DNA of 60,983 nucleotides, filler included, from Sluysia triapertura (lineage: Eukaryota): the NCBI GenBank assembly GCA_046118255.1. It is 4 parts of 4 records of this genome, joined end to end, with 100 filler letters (N's around TTAATTAATTAA, not from the genome) between each part and the next. Parts side by side here need not be neighbours in the genome. Positions count along the whole stretch, not along the records: positions 12,610 to 30,692 come from JBJNIA010180805.1; 3 more parts are not named here. One strand, written 5' to 3'. Shown here in pieces: positions 12,681-27,300 of the stretch; position 1 is the first letter of the stretch, and each line of letters begins with the position of its first letter. The notes below the pieces were generated by a model that was not told the DNA's origin, searched no databases, and worked only from the letters and a program-made list of their open reading frames with translations. Made by a program: the position numbers and the translations under genes.

Positions 12681-14722
12681 ATCTAATGGAAAATCTGTGA
12701 TAAGGTTAAATTTAAAAATGAATTTTACTTAGCTATCGTTTTAAGGATAGCAAAATATATTAAAAGTTATTTATAGTATAATTTACTTGGCAAGATAAAG
12801 GCTTGCTTAAAAACTTATAAAGAAAGAACTAATGATATTTTTAGTTCTAATTAACTGTCCCTTTTCCAAGAAATGAAATTGTCCTGCGGAATCTTTGTCC
12901 ATGAAAGATTTATAAGAAAAAATTGTGATGACAATTTTTTGTTATGAAAAACTTTTTTGGTGCATTATATTTATACTATGAGTTTGACCTTGAAGGTCTA
13001 AACTCAAACAAAATAAAAATGAATATATACATTTTGCATTTCTAATCTTTATCATTTTAATAATTATTTTAATCAAACGCTTTAAATTTAAATCAAAATA
13101 ATAATTCCTTTATTAAGTTTTTTAAAATTTAAATCAAAATTATTAATAATTCCTTTAAAATCAATAATTATCTAAAAATATTACATTATTTAATCAATTA
13201 AAATTTCTGTGTGTTAAAAATTTGCATTAACTATTTTTAGGTACTAACAGTTTTATATAGTTATATTTTACCTATATTAAATTCATTATTCAGTCAAGTA
13301 AATTTTATTTTTTGAATATACTATTGTATATATAAAATTATCGTTAAGTATTTATGTATATTACGTATAGTTTTACTATACCATACAGAGAGAAGTAGAT
13401 TGTCTATTGTTTATTGTAAATATATTGTAGCTATTTTTGATTAATCTATTTTTAATTTACATTATTATTATTACTATTAATATTAATATTATTAAAATAA
13501 TATTAACCCATTGACTGTCAAACGTACCTGATGTATTCTTCGTGCTAAATGGGTATCACGACACATAATTACTAAAAAAGGATAATACATAAAAGTAGCT
13601 AGCCAGTTTTATTTATTGTTTATTTTGTGAAATTAGTATTTATAAAATATCTAGAATTTGCCTAGAATTTAAGTGATTTAAATAATATTTTGGAACGGCT
13701 ATATTGAACTGACGGTTAATGTCGATAATTATCTCGATCACGACTGTAAGAATGTAAATCTATTAGCAGTTTAGTGTTAAGGTAAGATTTTTAAGAAGTA
13801 CAATGCTTGTTGTGAAATAGTAAGCATTAAATATGACTGCATGCTTGAAAGAGGACTCTTAAGAACTTGGCTACCAACATTTTTAAATTATTACTGAGGA
13901 AATTGAGAAGGGTGTACATCATTGATAAATTGACTTTTTATTAAATCAAAAAATTATTAATGCGCTTGTAAATTAATTTCAACGGTAGAAACTTTTAATT
14001 TTATTACTTTTATTTTATTTATCAATAAATTTAAGTTTGTTTTTATAAATTAATATTTCAACATTTTCATTTAATTCAAATCAAAAAATCATATTCCAGC
14101 AAACATGATTGTTTTTTCTAAGGTATAGCATTATTCCTTAAGCTATTAGATTTAGTACCATTTTATTTGTTTCTAAAATTTTTCTCCGAAATTGGAGCTA
14201 AATCTTAATTTCCGTGGCTTAGAAACAAATTATTGTATATGATAATTTACTTATCACAGAAATATATTAATTTTTAGCAAGTAATTCGAATATGTTCCAC
14301 TTATTTACAAAATTGTCGATCATCTAGTTACAGTCTTGCTATTTTGGGTTTATTTTTAACATCGTGTTACATATCACTAACGAACACTACTCCTCAACCT
14401 ACAATTATTTCGGCGAATTTCGAATCTGGTTAGAATGAGTAATATAATTTGTTTATTTAATTACACATTCAAATGACTCAAATGTTAATATCAATTAGAT
14501 TTGACATAGGAAAGTAGTGTGCATTAATTGATTAGATACAAAACCATTTCAATGAATAAGACTTAGATAAATCGGTTATCAAATATTATTATTTTTATTA
14601 TTATTAATTTTTTAATGATAAAATGCGGCTTGTCAAATTTGATTACCATATTTGAATTTTATATATAATTTATGAGTTTTTATATTAATTTTGTCGAGAA
14701 TATTTAATAATTCTATATTTAA

Positions 14723-14992
14723 TAAGTCATATCTCGATTTATTCCATCTTTCGTCTTTCTTATTTTATGACATTAAAAGAAAAATGCCAATAAATAAAGT
14801 CTTTAAGAAATTAACAAAATAAATTACTTTAAATATTGACCTGCTATACTTCAGTTATTTTACTATAAAAAACAAAATTTATAAAAGTACTAAATTTAAA
14901 AACCATTATTGTAAATAATACCAATCATCATAATTAGTTTTTATTTATATTTGGCAATACATAAAGTTGGTATTAAATCGAGATATGACTAA
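14723..14992. repeat. Fold-back/MITE-like inverted repeat
   Basis: AGTCATATCTCGATTTA pairs perfectly with TAAATCGAGATATGACT; weaker complementarity extends inward and outward. Confidence 0.75.
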
Positions 14993-16109
14993 TTATTTAC
15001 TATATTTATATAATACAAATCTCAAATTGGCATTCTGTGATGGTGTTGGACGTTAATGTTTTAATTAAAATATATTCAAAACTAACGATATTTATTAAAT
15101 AATTCATAATCATCGAGTAATTTGAAATGCTCTTGTTGCTAGTTGTACATTTTTAAGACAAAAATTAACAATCTATTGCTTATCTTATAATCATAAATTA
15201 TTGTATATTGAAACCAATCATTTTGGTTGTTTGTTATTTCCAATTTAATTTGATGTGGAAAACTTCAAGTTGTGATTATTGCAATAATTGAAAAACGATC
15301 GACGACTAATTTTATTTGTGAAAAGAAATATTAATAGTAGAACCAATAATCATAAATTAAATATTAAATTTATTTATGTTAAAATATGAAATAGAAATGT
15401 AAATAGTAGACAAAGTATTATTTCAACTTACTTGTTTAAATCGTTAAAATTTTTAACTATCAGAATAAATTTATATTCATCTGATTTTTTGTCTAATTTG
15501 AGAATGACAATGACAAACTTCTACCTATGAAATAACTCGTATTTGGCAGCGGACGTGTTAATTTAGTCATTTTTTCTTAATAAAGTTTACTTTTTTTGAT
15601 TTGTACTTATATTTTTACAATAAGCCATTTGAACAACATCTACTATTTTGAACTTTAACATAGTTTATTATAAATTGCATGTTCTATTTTATAAGATATT
15701 AAGATGTTAAGAAATGCTTTCGAAAAAAGGCATGCGGCTTTTTTTATTTGTAAAAGAAACTTGATCATAATTCGTAATAACAGCAAACGTGTTAAAGAAT
15801 TTTCTTATTCTAAAATTTCTGAAATATACGAATTATAAACAAATAATCAAATGATGGGAACAATTTACTGGATAATTAAAAAATAATTCAATTTTCATTA
15901 TTATCATTTTACATTTTTGCCGAATTTTATCATTAGTATTGGATAACCTAACACATGTTGAACAAATTATTAAATAATTAATTCAGATTTTCAGATATTG
16001 TAAACACTTTTTTGTTATTTTAAAGATAAATTTCAATAAGTTTACATAATGAATATAAATGTGTAAATATAAGCAAATACAAATAAAGTATTACGATCTT
16101 ATTGTTTAG

Positions 16110-16375
16110 TATTCTACTGCAATCCATCGAATTGGAATCCTGAAAGTCAACCAATAATTCTTGAACGTATGAATTTGTTATGGAAAAGACTTATCAATCC
16201 CGACGGTATCGGTGGAGATTATTCCCCTGGTAATTTCGAATCCAGAATTATTAGTCGGATTATTTCAACAGTTATGATAGAATTTCTGTCTGGATATGAA
16301 ATGTTAAATAAAACAATACATCAGTTATTAAGAAGTTGGCCACACTCACAATTTGTTGCCAAGAGTTTATTTGAT
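16110..16375 (+). CDS. htt: Huntingtin homologue, internal C-terminal exon
   Basis: Acceptor tttag at 16105-16109, donor gttagt at 16376. Encodes PESQPIILERMNLLWKRL...FESRIISRIISTVMIEFLSGYEMLNKTIHQLL...PHSQFVAKSLFD, which aligns with human HTT ERVSVLFDRI...[31 protein letters not shown]...PYPQFMATVVYK (recalled sequence). Confidence 0.88.
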
Positions 16376-17755
16376 GTTAGTCTAAACCTTTAAATAATTA
16401 GAACATTCAAATAAATTATTATTTGTTACATTACTTATCTTGTGACACATTTTTTGAATTTGTTTTTAAATATAATTAAGCTATTTCTTTTGCTGTTTCT
16501 AAACAAGATTCTTGATTTTTTGGAGTTGATAAATTTAGGTGTTCGAGCTTTTCGGATACCTTTTACACTACGTTTCCATCATTCATTTCTAACTTCTTAA
16601 AAATTGATGTAATTTGGAGATATCTTATTTCTTGAGTAATTTGAAGGTATAACTTTATTTTCTTTAAGAGGATTTTAAGTACTTAGAAAAAATTACCAAC
16701 TACCTCACTCACTATGTACGTTTGTTGTGGATAATAAATACAAATTCAATTTTCAAAGCCAATCTCATTTTTTAATTGGCTAACTTTATGGTGTTAATTT
16801 GCTTTCGGATGAAAATGATTAAATTGGAGCAGCTTAAATGGGTCGTTAGTTGGCGATCAAGATACCTATATAATTTTAATTATATTTTTTAAAATATACA
16901 TTTTAATTTTGAACTTTTGAAATTATTCGAAATTATATCCATTACTTTAGAGGTCATTGTTCTCTCATCAAATAAATGACATCAAAGTAGGTTAATAACA
17001 CACATTTGGCATTACTTCTAATAATTCAGTATAATAACAAAAACGATCTATTCATTTTGAAAGATAGCATTCACTAAGAGTTTGGTTAATACGCGGTTTT
17101 TAATTTTCCACTAATTTATTATTTCTAAATAAGTTTGACGTTAACATATATCTTATCATCCATGCAAAGAGATGCTTCACACTAAAAATCTATAAATTCA
17201 ACCTCTAACATTTCAAAACATTTAAATTCATAAACCTGAAATTTCATCAATTTGTCTCTATACTTAACACCTCAACCTAAACTGTTTGTTAGTTCGTTTA
17301 GTTAGTTTAGTGGCAATTTCGAATAATTTATTCAATGATGATTTAATCAATAATTATAGTAATGATTTGCTCAATCCATATTTTGATAATATTTTGATAA
17401 TTATTTTTTGATCCAAAATTTACTTTATGTAGTTGTAATAATGCTGCTAATTACCTTTCTAATTTCATACTATAGAATCTCTATAGTTTTATCTTTTTCT
17501 ATAGTTAAATTAGCCAGTTTTAAATTTGTACGTGTAATCTTATTCTACGTAGTTTTTGGACAGTTTTTCTATATATAATAGTTAATTTTGTTCTGTAATT
17601 TTGGCCATATAATTTATTCATATGCGCCATATGTTAGCTTGTATTTGTGTGTGTGCATGCTCAGGTTTTCCTGTTTCTACAATGATCCGTCTTGCTGGTT
17701 TATTTAATTCTGAAATGGTTTAATTTAACGTACCTAGCAAATTTGTTCGCTTAAA

Positions 17756-18095
17756 TTAACATCTTGTGCTGCAGATGGTGCTCCTGATATGATGGGCAAG
17801 AAATATGGCTACTTAAAATTGATGAATGATGCGAATCCGGAAATGATTCTTATGCATTGTGTTATTCATAGGCAAAACTTGGTAGATAAAAACATCTCGC
17901 CTCTTCTAAACGAAGTACTACATACTGTAATAAAATGTGTTAATGTTATTAAGCTAGTGCCAAATGTGAGCGTATTTTCAAGCTATTTTGTGAAGAACAA
18001 AATGAAGACCATGTGAGGCTTTTACTTCATACTGCTTGAAGTAAAGGAAACTAAAAGAAACTGCTTGAAAAGATTTATGGAACTGTTTGATACTC
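17756..18095 (+). pseudogene. hAT (Buster-type) transposase fragment
   Basis: TSCAADGAPDMMGKK...MHCVIHRQNL (DGA and CxxH motifs), followed by a frameshift and stops. Confidence 0.85.
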
Positions 18096-19060
18096 TGCAT
18101 TGTATGCTTTATTACCCTGTTTGTGTAGTTTTATTTGTTTTTCTATTAGAAAATAAATTATCTTGTCTTTGCCAGTTTTCGACCATACATTTGAAAAATA
18201 AATAAACAGGGAAGTGGTTAAATTATATAGTTTAATAAATTACTTCATAATTTTGTATAATCAAGAATATTATTAAAACTCCTTTTTGGAGTATACAAAA
18301 CAAAATTTGCTAATTAAATTTTGAATATATATAATTTACAAGGTTATGTAATTAAAGTTTAATTAAAGTTTACAAAAAAACGTTTAAAAGGTTTTAAACA
18401 GTGTTCCAATTTAAAATTAATAAAACTAACAATTGCTGTGAAAAGATTAAAAGTATTTTATTCCGCGAAAGATCACTCTTGTCTAGTTGTTGAAAACCAA
18501 ATAAATTATCAAGTTTAAAAGATATGTTGATACTGGGAAGTTGATTTGATTATGTTCTTAGAATATGAATATAATAATAAAGAATTTTTTCTTATAATAA
18601 CTTATATTACAATAAGTAACAAACTAATCTTATGAAAAATTTTAAATAAAAACAATTCAGCTAATTCATAATAAATATTACTTACTTAAATAAATTATCA
18701 GTTTTGTCAATCAGATGTTATTAAATTTCGGATGTCCCTTGTATCAGAAATTATTGTAGCACTGTAATGTCTATGTTCTTGGAATATTGACTATTAGATG
18801 CCGTTAAATGTCGTAATATCTTTTCTTCTTTGAAATCTCAGTCGTAAAGTAGTATTAGAATCGTGTTATATCCACAAAATATTACTTAACTTTACCGTCT
18901 TTATTGTGTCATTGACAGTAAAAGTTTACAGTATTTATGTGAAACGTTTAATAATAATAATTTACACCATAATAATTTATACTATAATAAATTTTTTGTT
19001 ACTAATTTTAAATTCTAATATCATAATATACATTTGTAATCACATAGTATAATTCACACT

Positions 19061-19119
<59 letters not shown>

Positions 19120-19329
19120 TTGTACTATAAATTGCATGCTAAAATAATCATAGTATATATCGGTAACATGTAATAATTTACACTATAATAATAATAATTT
19201 ATTCTATAATAAAGTAATAATCATGATATGTATTGGTAACTGCATGCTAAAGTAAATAAATCACATAGTAATTTGTTAATATGTTGACATTTATTATTTT
19301 CAGCTTGAATATTTGTAGATTTGTTAATA

Positions 19330-21300
19330 AACTTTGATTACATATAATTTATATTCAATTTCATTTTAATATGGTTTTTCTCGATTAGAATGCTTTTAAA
19401 TTTGATATAACATTATTCTCTCAATCTTTAATTTAAGTTAATCTTGATCAAGAATAATGTTATTAATTTTTAATTGTATACTAGTTTTATTCAATCCCAA
19501 TTTAATATAATTTTAACTCTCATATTAGTATAACTTTTATGTTCTTAAATTTTAATGTTAGATTGTCTCTTTAAAATCTCACTTTAAAATGACTATTTAA
19601 TTTTGAATTCATATTAACTATATTAAATCTCATTTTAATTTAATATAAAGCATTATAATCTTAATGACAGTGATTTTAATTTTACTTTTAAATAAATTTA
19701 AATTTTAAGTTAAATCAATTTTGGATTTTAAATTTTAATGAATATTATGTTACAATATTATATTTTCACACGACAGACATATTGTTGGTGAAAAATTGTG
19801 AAAAAAGTTATCTTTGTAAATAGAATTTCTTCTGCTAAAAACTAACGAAATTTTCTTAGCTAAATCTTTAAAATTTACGTATTAGGTTTCACCTCTTTAA
19901 TATACTGAATTTACATAGAATTTGAATAAACCTGTAATGGATATCCTTAACTCTTTAATTTAACTCCTAGTTTTTAGTAATAATCTAAATTTCTTAATAA
20001 TAGCGTGACTTTTCTACAAATATTACTTGTACTTTATATTAAATTCGCCTTATCTAGAAGTGTGAATTCGTATACTCGTTTCGATAGTCTGAAATAGAAG
20101 TGCTTAATAAAATTTTCAACTCTTTAATTTTTAAATTTTTATCTGTATTCTGGAGTTAAGATGTCCTAATCTTTATTAAATCTTTCAGTAGTTATTTTCC
20201 TTATTTAATTGACTTAATTTAATTGCATGGGCCCTACTATCAATCCCATTAATTAAATTTATTCAAAAAAACAAAATAACACATCGAATATAATAATTAA
20301 TTTAATTATATAGGAAATCAAAATGATTTATTTTTAATAGTAACATTATGAATGTAATTTTATTTTAATTATAATATAATTTATAAGTATAGAATTAGAT
20401 CTAAACTAAAAGTAATTCTTACCTAGTAAATTTAATAACTATCATAAAAGACAAGTAGCTATCTCCAAAAGTTCGTTCTTGTTTTGCGTTTTTAAATGAT
20501 TTCACCAGAATTTAATAGTTGTTTAATTGTGTTCTTTTATTGCTTAAATACTGTTCCACAATATACATTATCCACAATTAATCCAATATCAATCAAATTA
20601 TTATTATACACACGAATTATTTAATTATAAAACAAATTATATCAATTCAATAAATTCAATATTCACACAAATTACAATAAATTCAATATTCAAATGTTAG
20701 TTCACAAATTATAATATAAAATTATTTTTAGCCAACTAATTCTATATATGATTTTATTTACCATTTCTTTAAAATTTGATTTCATATTACTGTTACTGAT
20801 TCTTGGTTTAACACGATTTTATTCGATTATAATGCTCTTAAATTTTGATTGCATACGACTTTGTCTATTCTTTCACATATTTAATTTAAGTTAATCATTA
20901 TCGAGAATGATGTTCTTTATTTTTAATTACACAATAATTCTATTTAATCTGAATTTAGTATAATTTATCTTGTTTTTAAGATAATTTTGATCGAGTTTTA
21001 TGCTCTTAAAATTTAATTATTAATTCCTATTATAATGATTATCATATTATCAATGACACCATCATTATTTTTCGATTCATTTTTAACTTTATTATTTTTA
21101 ATTTGATCGAATGGTAAAGTGATGTTATCATTAGACGGAGAAATTTGCTTTTCAGATTTTAGGAAATTACGTCTTAATTTAATATTATCTATCTCTTTAT
21201 CAACTGGTACAGAATTGATACTATTACGATTGAATCCATCATTAAAACTATTGGTATGCCCATTAATAATAGGAACTGTTAAATTCATTTCAGGATATTG
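19330..21300 (-). mobile_element. Family A, tandemly arranged copies
   Basis: Core 20054-20108 (LSTSISDYRNEYTNSHF*I). Segment 19355-19560 is duplicated at 20780-21020. Residual ORF 21013-21288. Confidence 0.5.
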
Positions 21301-24300
21301 AAAAAAAATGTTACTAAAATTTTTTTACTTGTGTTCTGATATAATACAACACATATAATTATCAAGTCTTAACACTAAAACATACTGACCTACATTCTTA
21401 CATCATTAACAAAAAAATAGATTTCATTTATTAGTCAATTATTAGCGTTTAATTTGTTAATTTACAAAATATGTGAAGCCGCAGGTAATTTCCTTTAAAG
21501 CCAAATAATTTTTCTTTGGTTTGANNNNNNNNNNNNNNNNNNNNNNNNNNNNNNNNNNNNNNNNNNNNNNNNNNNNNNNNNNNNNNNNNNNNNNNNNNNN
21601 NNNNNNNNNNNNNNNNNNNNNNNNNNNNNNNNNNNNNNNNNNNNNNNNNNNNNNNNTGCGGAATAAGGCAATAACCGAATCGTAATAAAATCCTACACGC
21701 TTATTTCGTTAACATACATAAATTATGAATAGATTTATTTAATATAATTTATATTTACAAAAGTTATTCGGTTAGTAGATGGGGAATAAGTAAATAACAA
21801 CGTAATATCTACTCGACTATCCTTTTCTTTCACTTTTAAATTAAATCATTTTCTCTACTCAAAATGTTAATATCGTTGATGCAATAAAGTGCTTTCAATG
21901 TATGTTTTTAATTTATATATGCCAATAGTTCTAAAGCAGCTTATCTTTTTGTACTATCTGAATATCACTTATGAAAATAAATAGTTATTTAATACGTGTA
22001 ATTTCTTCATATCTAATCAATCTAAATTTAGCTGAAGTAATTACGTCTTAGAATGAATAACACGAATACATGAATATGTAATTTTTATTTATCTTTTTTT
22101 GGGATCGATGTAGACAGTAAAATTAAGACTTCTTTTTATTATTACTACTGTTGATTCTGTAGTGTTACGATCGAGATCAAGACCGATTTGAGTTGTCCTA
22201 GCGTGAAGAAACCTCATTAGTTAATAGAATTGAATTTAAGTCTTTCGATGCTGGCATATCTTTTTTGAATATATTGATTTATTTGAATAGTCATCTGATT
22301 CAGTAAATAAATTTATATTCTGGTTTCAAAAATACTATAGAAAAAGTTAGTGGATCGTTAAATATCTAATGATCTTTTGTATTCATATGATAAGTAGATG
22401 TGTAAATGTATTTTGAGAATAAAATAAGTCAGTAACAAAAATATTTTTCGTATGTGAAAATATTAAAATTGTCTCAGTGATTTTATTAAATTTATAAAGA
22501 AATCATTTTAAATAATTATCTAACCATAATTCATTTAGTGTGTGCTTTTTTAATTGTTTGTGTTTTTAATACTGTGAATGAGATTGTTGAACGGTGATAT
22601 TGAGAGATTACATGGTCAAGTGGTTTATATTTTGGGCTTTGTGATTATTTGGGTATAACATGTTGTGAAGATAAACTTCAATGATATTGGAATTAAATTG
22701 TTTTTGTGGTAACATTCCACATTATACAGTTAATGTTATTTAAAATTAAATGTAGTTATTGGGTATTTGTTGTTGTAGATGGTATTTACGTGAAGATGTT
22801 GAAATTAAAGTGGTGTAAGTACATTTTTAGAGCCGCTTGATTTGAAAGTGATTGAATGTTTAATAAATTTTGGGGTAATAAAATTTGAATTACAAGTTTG
22901 GTCACCATACACATTATAGTTAAAAATTTTCCTTACAATTGTTCTATAATAATTTCTTCATAATCAATTTTTCTCTAAAATCTTATTCCACATATTTTAT
23001 ATTTTAATTTTGGCTATATTTTCATTTGCTTTATTTGTTATTATATAGCTATATATGCTATAGGTATATTTATTAATTCATGTATTTGCTCGTCTAAGAT
23101 GTTTTTGTTTATTTTGCAGCTTATTTTACCTTTCTTGGCTAATTAATTGTTGTGAGCTTCATTTTCTTGAGTTTATTAAGGTTCTTGAGTTCTTAAATAA
23201 TTTATTTATTTGTTTAAAGATTTATTTTAAAATTAAATTTTAAAGCTTATAATATTTTCTTTACAATACTACTATTTTAATAAAGTATTCTAAGTATATA
23301 ATCGTATAAAAATGTAACATTTAAATATATATCTGAAATTATTATTTATATTAGTACTTTATCGCATCTCTTCTTGATAATTCAACGGATATAATTCACT
23401 AGAATTGTATATGTTTTGAATCATTTGAAGTCTTTCAGCTCGTCGTAAAAATATGCTTTTATTATTCACGGTTTTCTTTATAATAGCTGAATTTAATTAA
23501 CAAGCATTGTTTTTGTTTTTATGAAGCATAAAAATCAGGCATAAATAAATCTGTGGTTAGAACAAGCTAAAAAAATTATATTTCGTACAAAGAAAATTAG
23601 ATTCAGATTGTGTTGGAAGAAACAATTAAAAATTGAACAATTGATCGTAATAAAAACAAAAGGTTAGACTAGAGCTGATAGAGAATTTAAGTAATATTTT
23701 TATCCTACGCTAATCGAAGGGAGAATCCTATAACAAATAAACTTACGACTTTGACATGGATTGCATGGACTGAAAAGATTGTTTCGAATAATATAAATAT
23801 TATTCCAGTTACGAATAACCAGTTGATGTAAGATAACTTTGAAGACAAGAAAGACAATTAATCTTGAACGTGGAAACAGTTATTTCGATATTGCAAAGAA
23901 AATTCAAATGTTTCTCGTACAAGTAGTCCTAACCAAGGTCGCAGTGAATATCTGTCAAGTCGGTTTTGTGTGTTGCGTTGTTTACAAATGTTTTCTGACC
24001 ATTTATAACAAGAGAAATTCTGATCATAAAAATTCTTTGTTAAATTTGTCATTAAAATATTTTATTTGTAAGCAATTATTGTAAGGATTAAAAATGTCAA
24101 TAAAAATTTCATTTGTCTATTTGTACATAAATTATATTTCATATGTTAATTTAATTTAGCTTATTTTTAAATTTTAAGATTTAAAATTTTCTTTCTCGTT
24201 ATAATACCATAAGTAATTTAAGATATTACTTAAGATATTTCATATATTTGGATGACTTAGAAAACAATATTAAGTATCATTTTATGATAATTGTTATAGA

Positions 24301-27300
24301 TTAAAGTTGTATCTCCTAAAATCCATCCTCACTTAATGTCATAGCTAAAAATTGAATTGGATTTTTTAACATCATTTGATGAAGTCATAGAAATTTATTT
24401 TAGTAAAATAAATTATTCCAAATAAATAAATAAATAAAATTTATTCCAAAAAAGGCTTGACTTTATGTAAAGTCCACTTAAATTGGCCACTTGTTCGCCA
24501 TATATCAAATGTTTGGGATTCAATTGATTGGGATGCATTATAATTACCTATTGTACAAAGTAAAGTATTATATTGTATTTATAAAATAATTACATTATAA
24601 TTATGGTAATAATATAATAACAATAGATACATCAAGTCAAAATCAAAATAAAAGAAGTATGGTAATATTATGAGATAAATACATTCTAATAAAAACATTC
24701 TAAATATAATTTCATCGATGATTAATCTTTCAAATTTATAATTTATACTGTAAAATAGAACCGATTTAATTAGATCAGCTTTGGTTTTATTATTTCTTGC
24801 TATTTCTGAAATTAAGATCGAATAATAATAGTTTTGATTCGAGCTGGAAATATCTTCTTGTTATTTTGTTAATTCAAAAAATTATTCCATATTTTGTCAC
24901 GGCCAATATTTAATGTTAATAAATTTAAATAATACATATTATTATATACATATAATTTGTGTAAATTTAAATGTCTATGATTGAATAATTTTATGCTTAC
25001 TGTTTGTTTCATTAATAAAAATGATTAAGTCGAATACCTGAATACTGGTTATTTGGTATTTAGCTTTACTAAAATCGTTTTTTATTTCATTTATTAAATT
25101 TTTTTTGTAATATCGCTTTGAATTTCAATGGCACATCACTTTAATATTTATTATAACTGGAAGTTGGCTGATCCTAACATTCAAATAAATAGTTAACATA
25201 TTTAATATAACAACTTTATAACAATGAAAATTTAAACATGTACAAATTTTACTTTTCTTTATTAGAATCATTATCTTCAATGTAGCTATTGCTGCAAATG
25301 TCGAAATTATTCCATGTCTTCATTTTTTAGCAACCAATTTTTTCTATTTGACTCTGATGTCGAAGATAGAAGTGTTTTACTAAACCTTGATTCAAATTCT
25401 AGCTTTTGAACCTAAACTCTTTTTATAGTCCCAAAGAAAAATAAATACTGATTAATATTTATTTATGACAATTAACACAAAGTATTTCTTAACTGAAATA
25501 AATAAATTACAGAAAATAAAAAATTGCACGTAACCAATGAAATTTCTCATTGCATTTTATTTAATTGTGATTTTAGAAATTTATACTCGTTTTTAACTAG
25601 AATTTTATACACAAAAGGAAAACCGTTCCTTTAATATAACAAATTGTTAAAACATATAGTCTGATAAAATTATATCAACATATATTCGTTAAAATACTCA
25701 GGAACTGAATATGACATAAAATCAAATGCATAATAATTTGTCCGATAATCTAATACGACGATATATCTATGACAACAAATATTTGTCCAAAGACCTCAAA
25801 GATTATTTATCCAACAATTTAAAATTGATTACGTTAATGATGGTTAATCAACAATATTTTTAAAACAGTCTTTTACAATGAATAAGACCTTATAAAAGTG
25901 TTTTCTCTAATATTATTTTTTGGCCAATAATAAATCAATTATTGTACAATTAATTTATAGACAACTATTACACACATAAAATAGAATAAATTCTTACACT
26001 GTTTATTTATAATGTGTTTAATATATATAGCCAAATCTACCATCACATTTGTATTAATAATCTAAGAGTTCGACTGTGATTCGAGCCTTGCACAGTTAAT
26101 AGGATTTTATACATAAAGTTATGGAAGAACTAAGAAAATTATGTATATGAAATCTTAATAATAAATTTGCACTTACAACTTAAGTGAAATTTTGGTTTAG
26201 TTTGAGTTTAATAAAACTCGTTAACTCTTTGTTTTCGTATTAATGATGTTTAATTATTGTTGATTTTGTAATCCTATTTAAAAAGGATTTCAAAGTGACT
26301 TTATCACCGTATTTAAACCGGTGTGAAAACAATTTTACAAAGATGACGTATTTTTCAATTTTAAAACTATATAATTTATTTTTTGATATGTTGGATTCCA
26401 TTAAAAGGGTTTGCAAAAATGGTACGCGTATTTTAAATATATTTGGAGGGGGTACTTTGTATTAATTAATTCATACAAACAATATGAACAACTATTTAGG
26501 TTATAATAGGAATTCGTGAAAAGATAGAGATTTTACAAGAAAATAATTTTATAATTTAAAATGAACTTTAAATATTTTTTCGATTTAATTTATTATAATA
26601 TTAACAATCTTAAGGGTTTTTAAACCATTATAAAATGAAATTAAATAGTAATTTAGCTATCTTTTTTAATTTTTTTGTTTTTATTATTAATATCCAGCAA
26701 CTGTTTAATAATATATTATTTGAGCCAAATCGTCCACTTGAAAATTATGTGAAAGCCAGATCATTTATATCAAAATCACAAAGCTGTAAACTGCGATAAA
26801 CTTTCTGTTAAAATAATTACTGTTGCTTGTGAATGCGCTTAAGGGCTTATTTGTACTTCTCATGGTGAGTATAAATATATTCTTTCCATTGGACAACCAA
26901 TGGTTGCTTGAATCTACTCAGATATTTTGATTACAGTTGTACTTTGTATTTTGTTCGATTAACTGAGTATGTGCGTACTCTCTGTTCAACGTACTTCTCG
27001 TACTCAAATTTCACTCAATGACTCTAATTTTTAAAGTTTATTTTATTACATAATTATAAAAATAAATTTACAATTATAAAATTATAAAAATATAAAGAAA
27101 GTACAATATTTTATATATAATTATAAAAGATAAAATTGGAATCTGAAGATATAAATCAAGATAATCAAATGTTATTAAATCAGAGATAATGTCATCATCA
27201 ACGTCAACTATTCATCTCCATCAACTGGTTTGAATGTTCACTATAAATGTCGTCGTAGGAATCCAAGTTCACTGAAATGTGTTTTGGACAGTCGGCGGTA

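Noticed and set aside
14100-14440. Possible Tc1 catalytic-domain remnant on the minus strand
   Set aside because: Only a degenerate DLAPI-like motif; insufficient support.
20054-20108. Hammerhead ribozyme in the family A core
   Set aside because: GAAAC is present in two copies but there is no correctly placed CUGANGA box or NUH site on either strand.
23839-24084. Short ORFs here and at 29904, 31440, 33272, 35561, 37739, 38024, 40292, 50619 and 58571
   Set aside because: AT-driven I/N/K/Y/F-rich chance or shadow ORFs without splice support; 23839 may include a small Tc1-like HTH remnant but is too weak to call.
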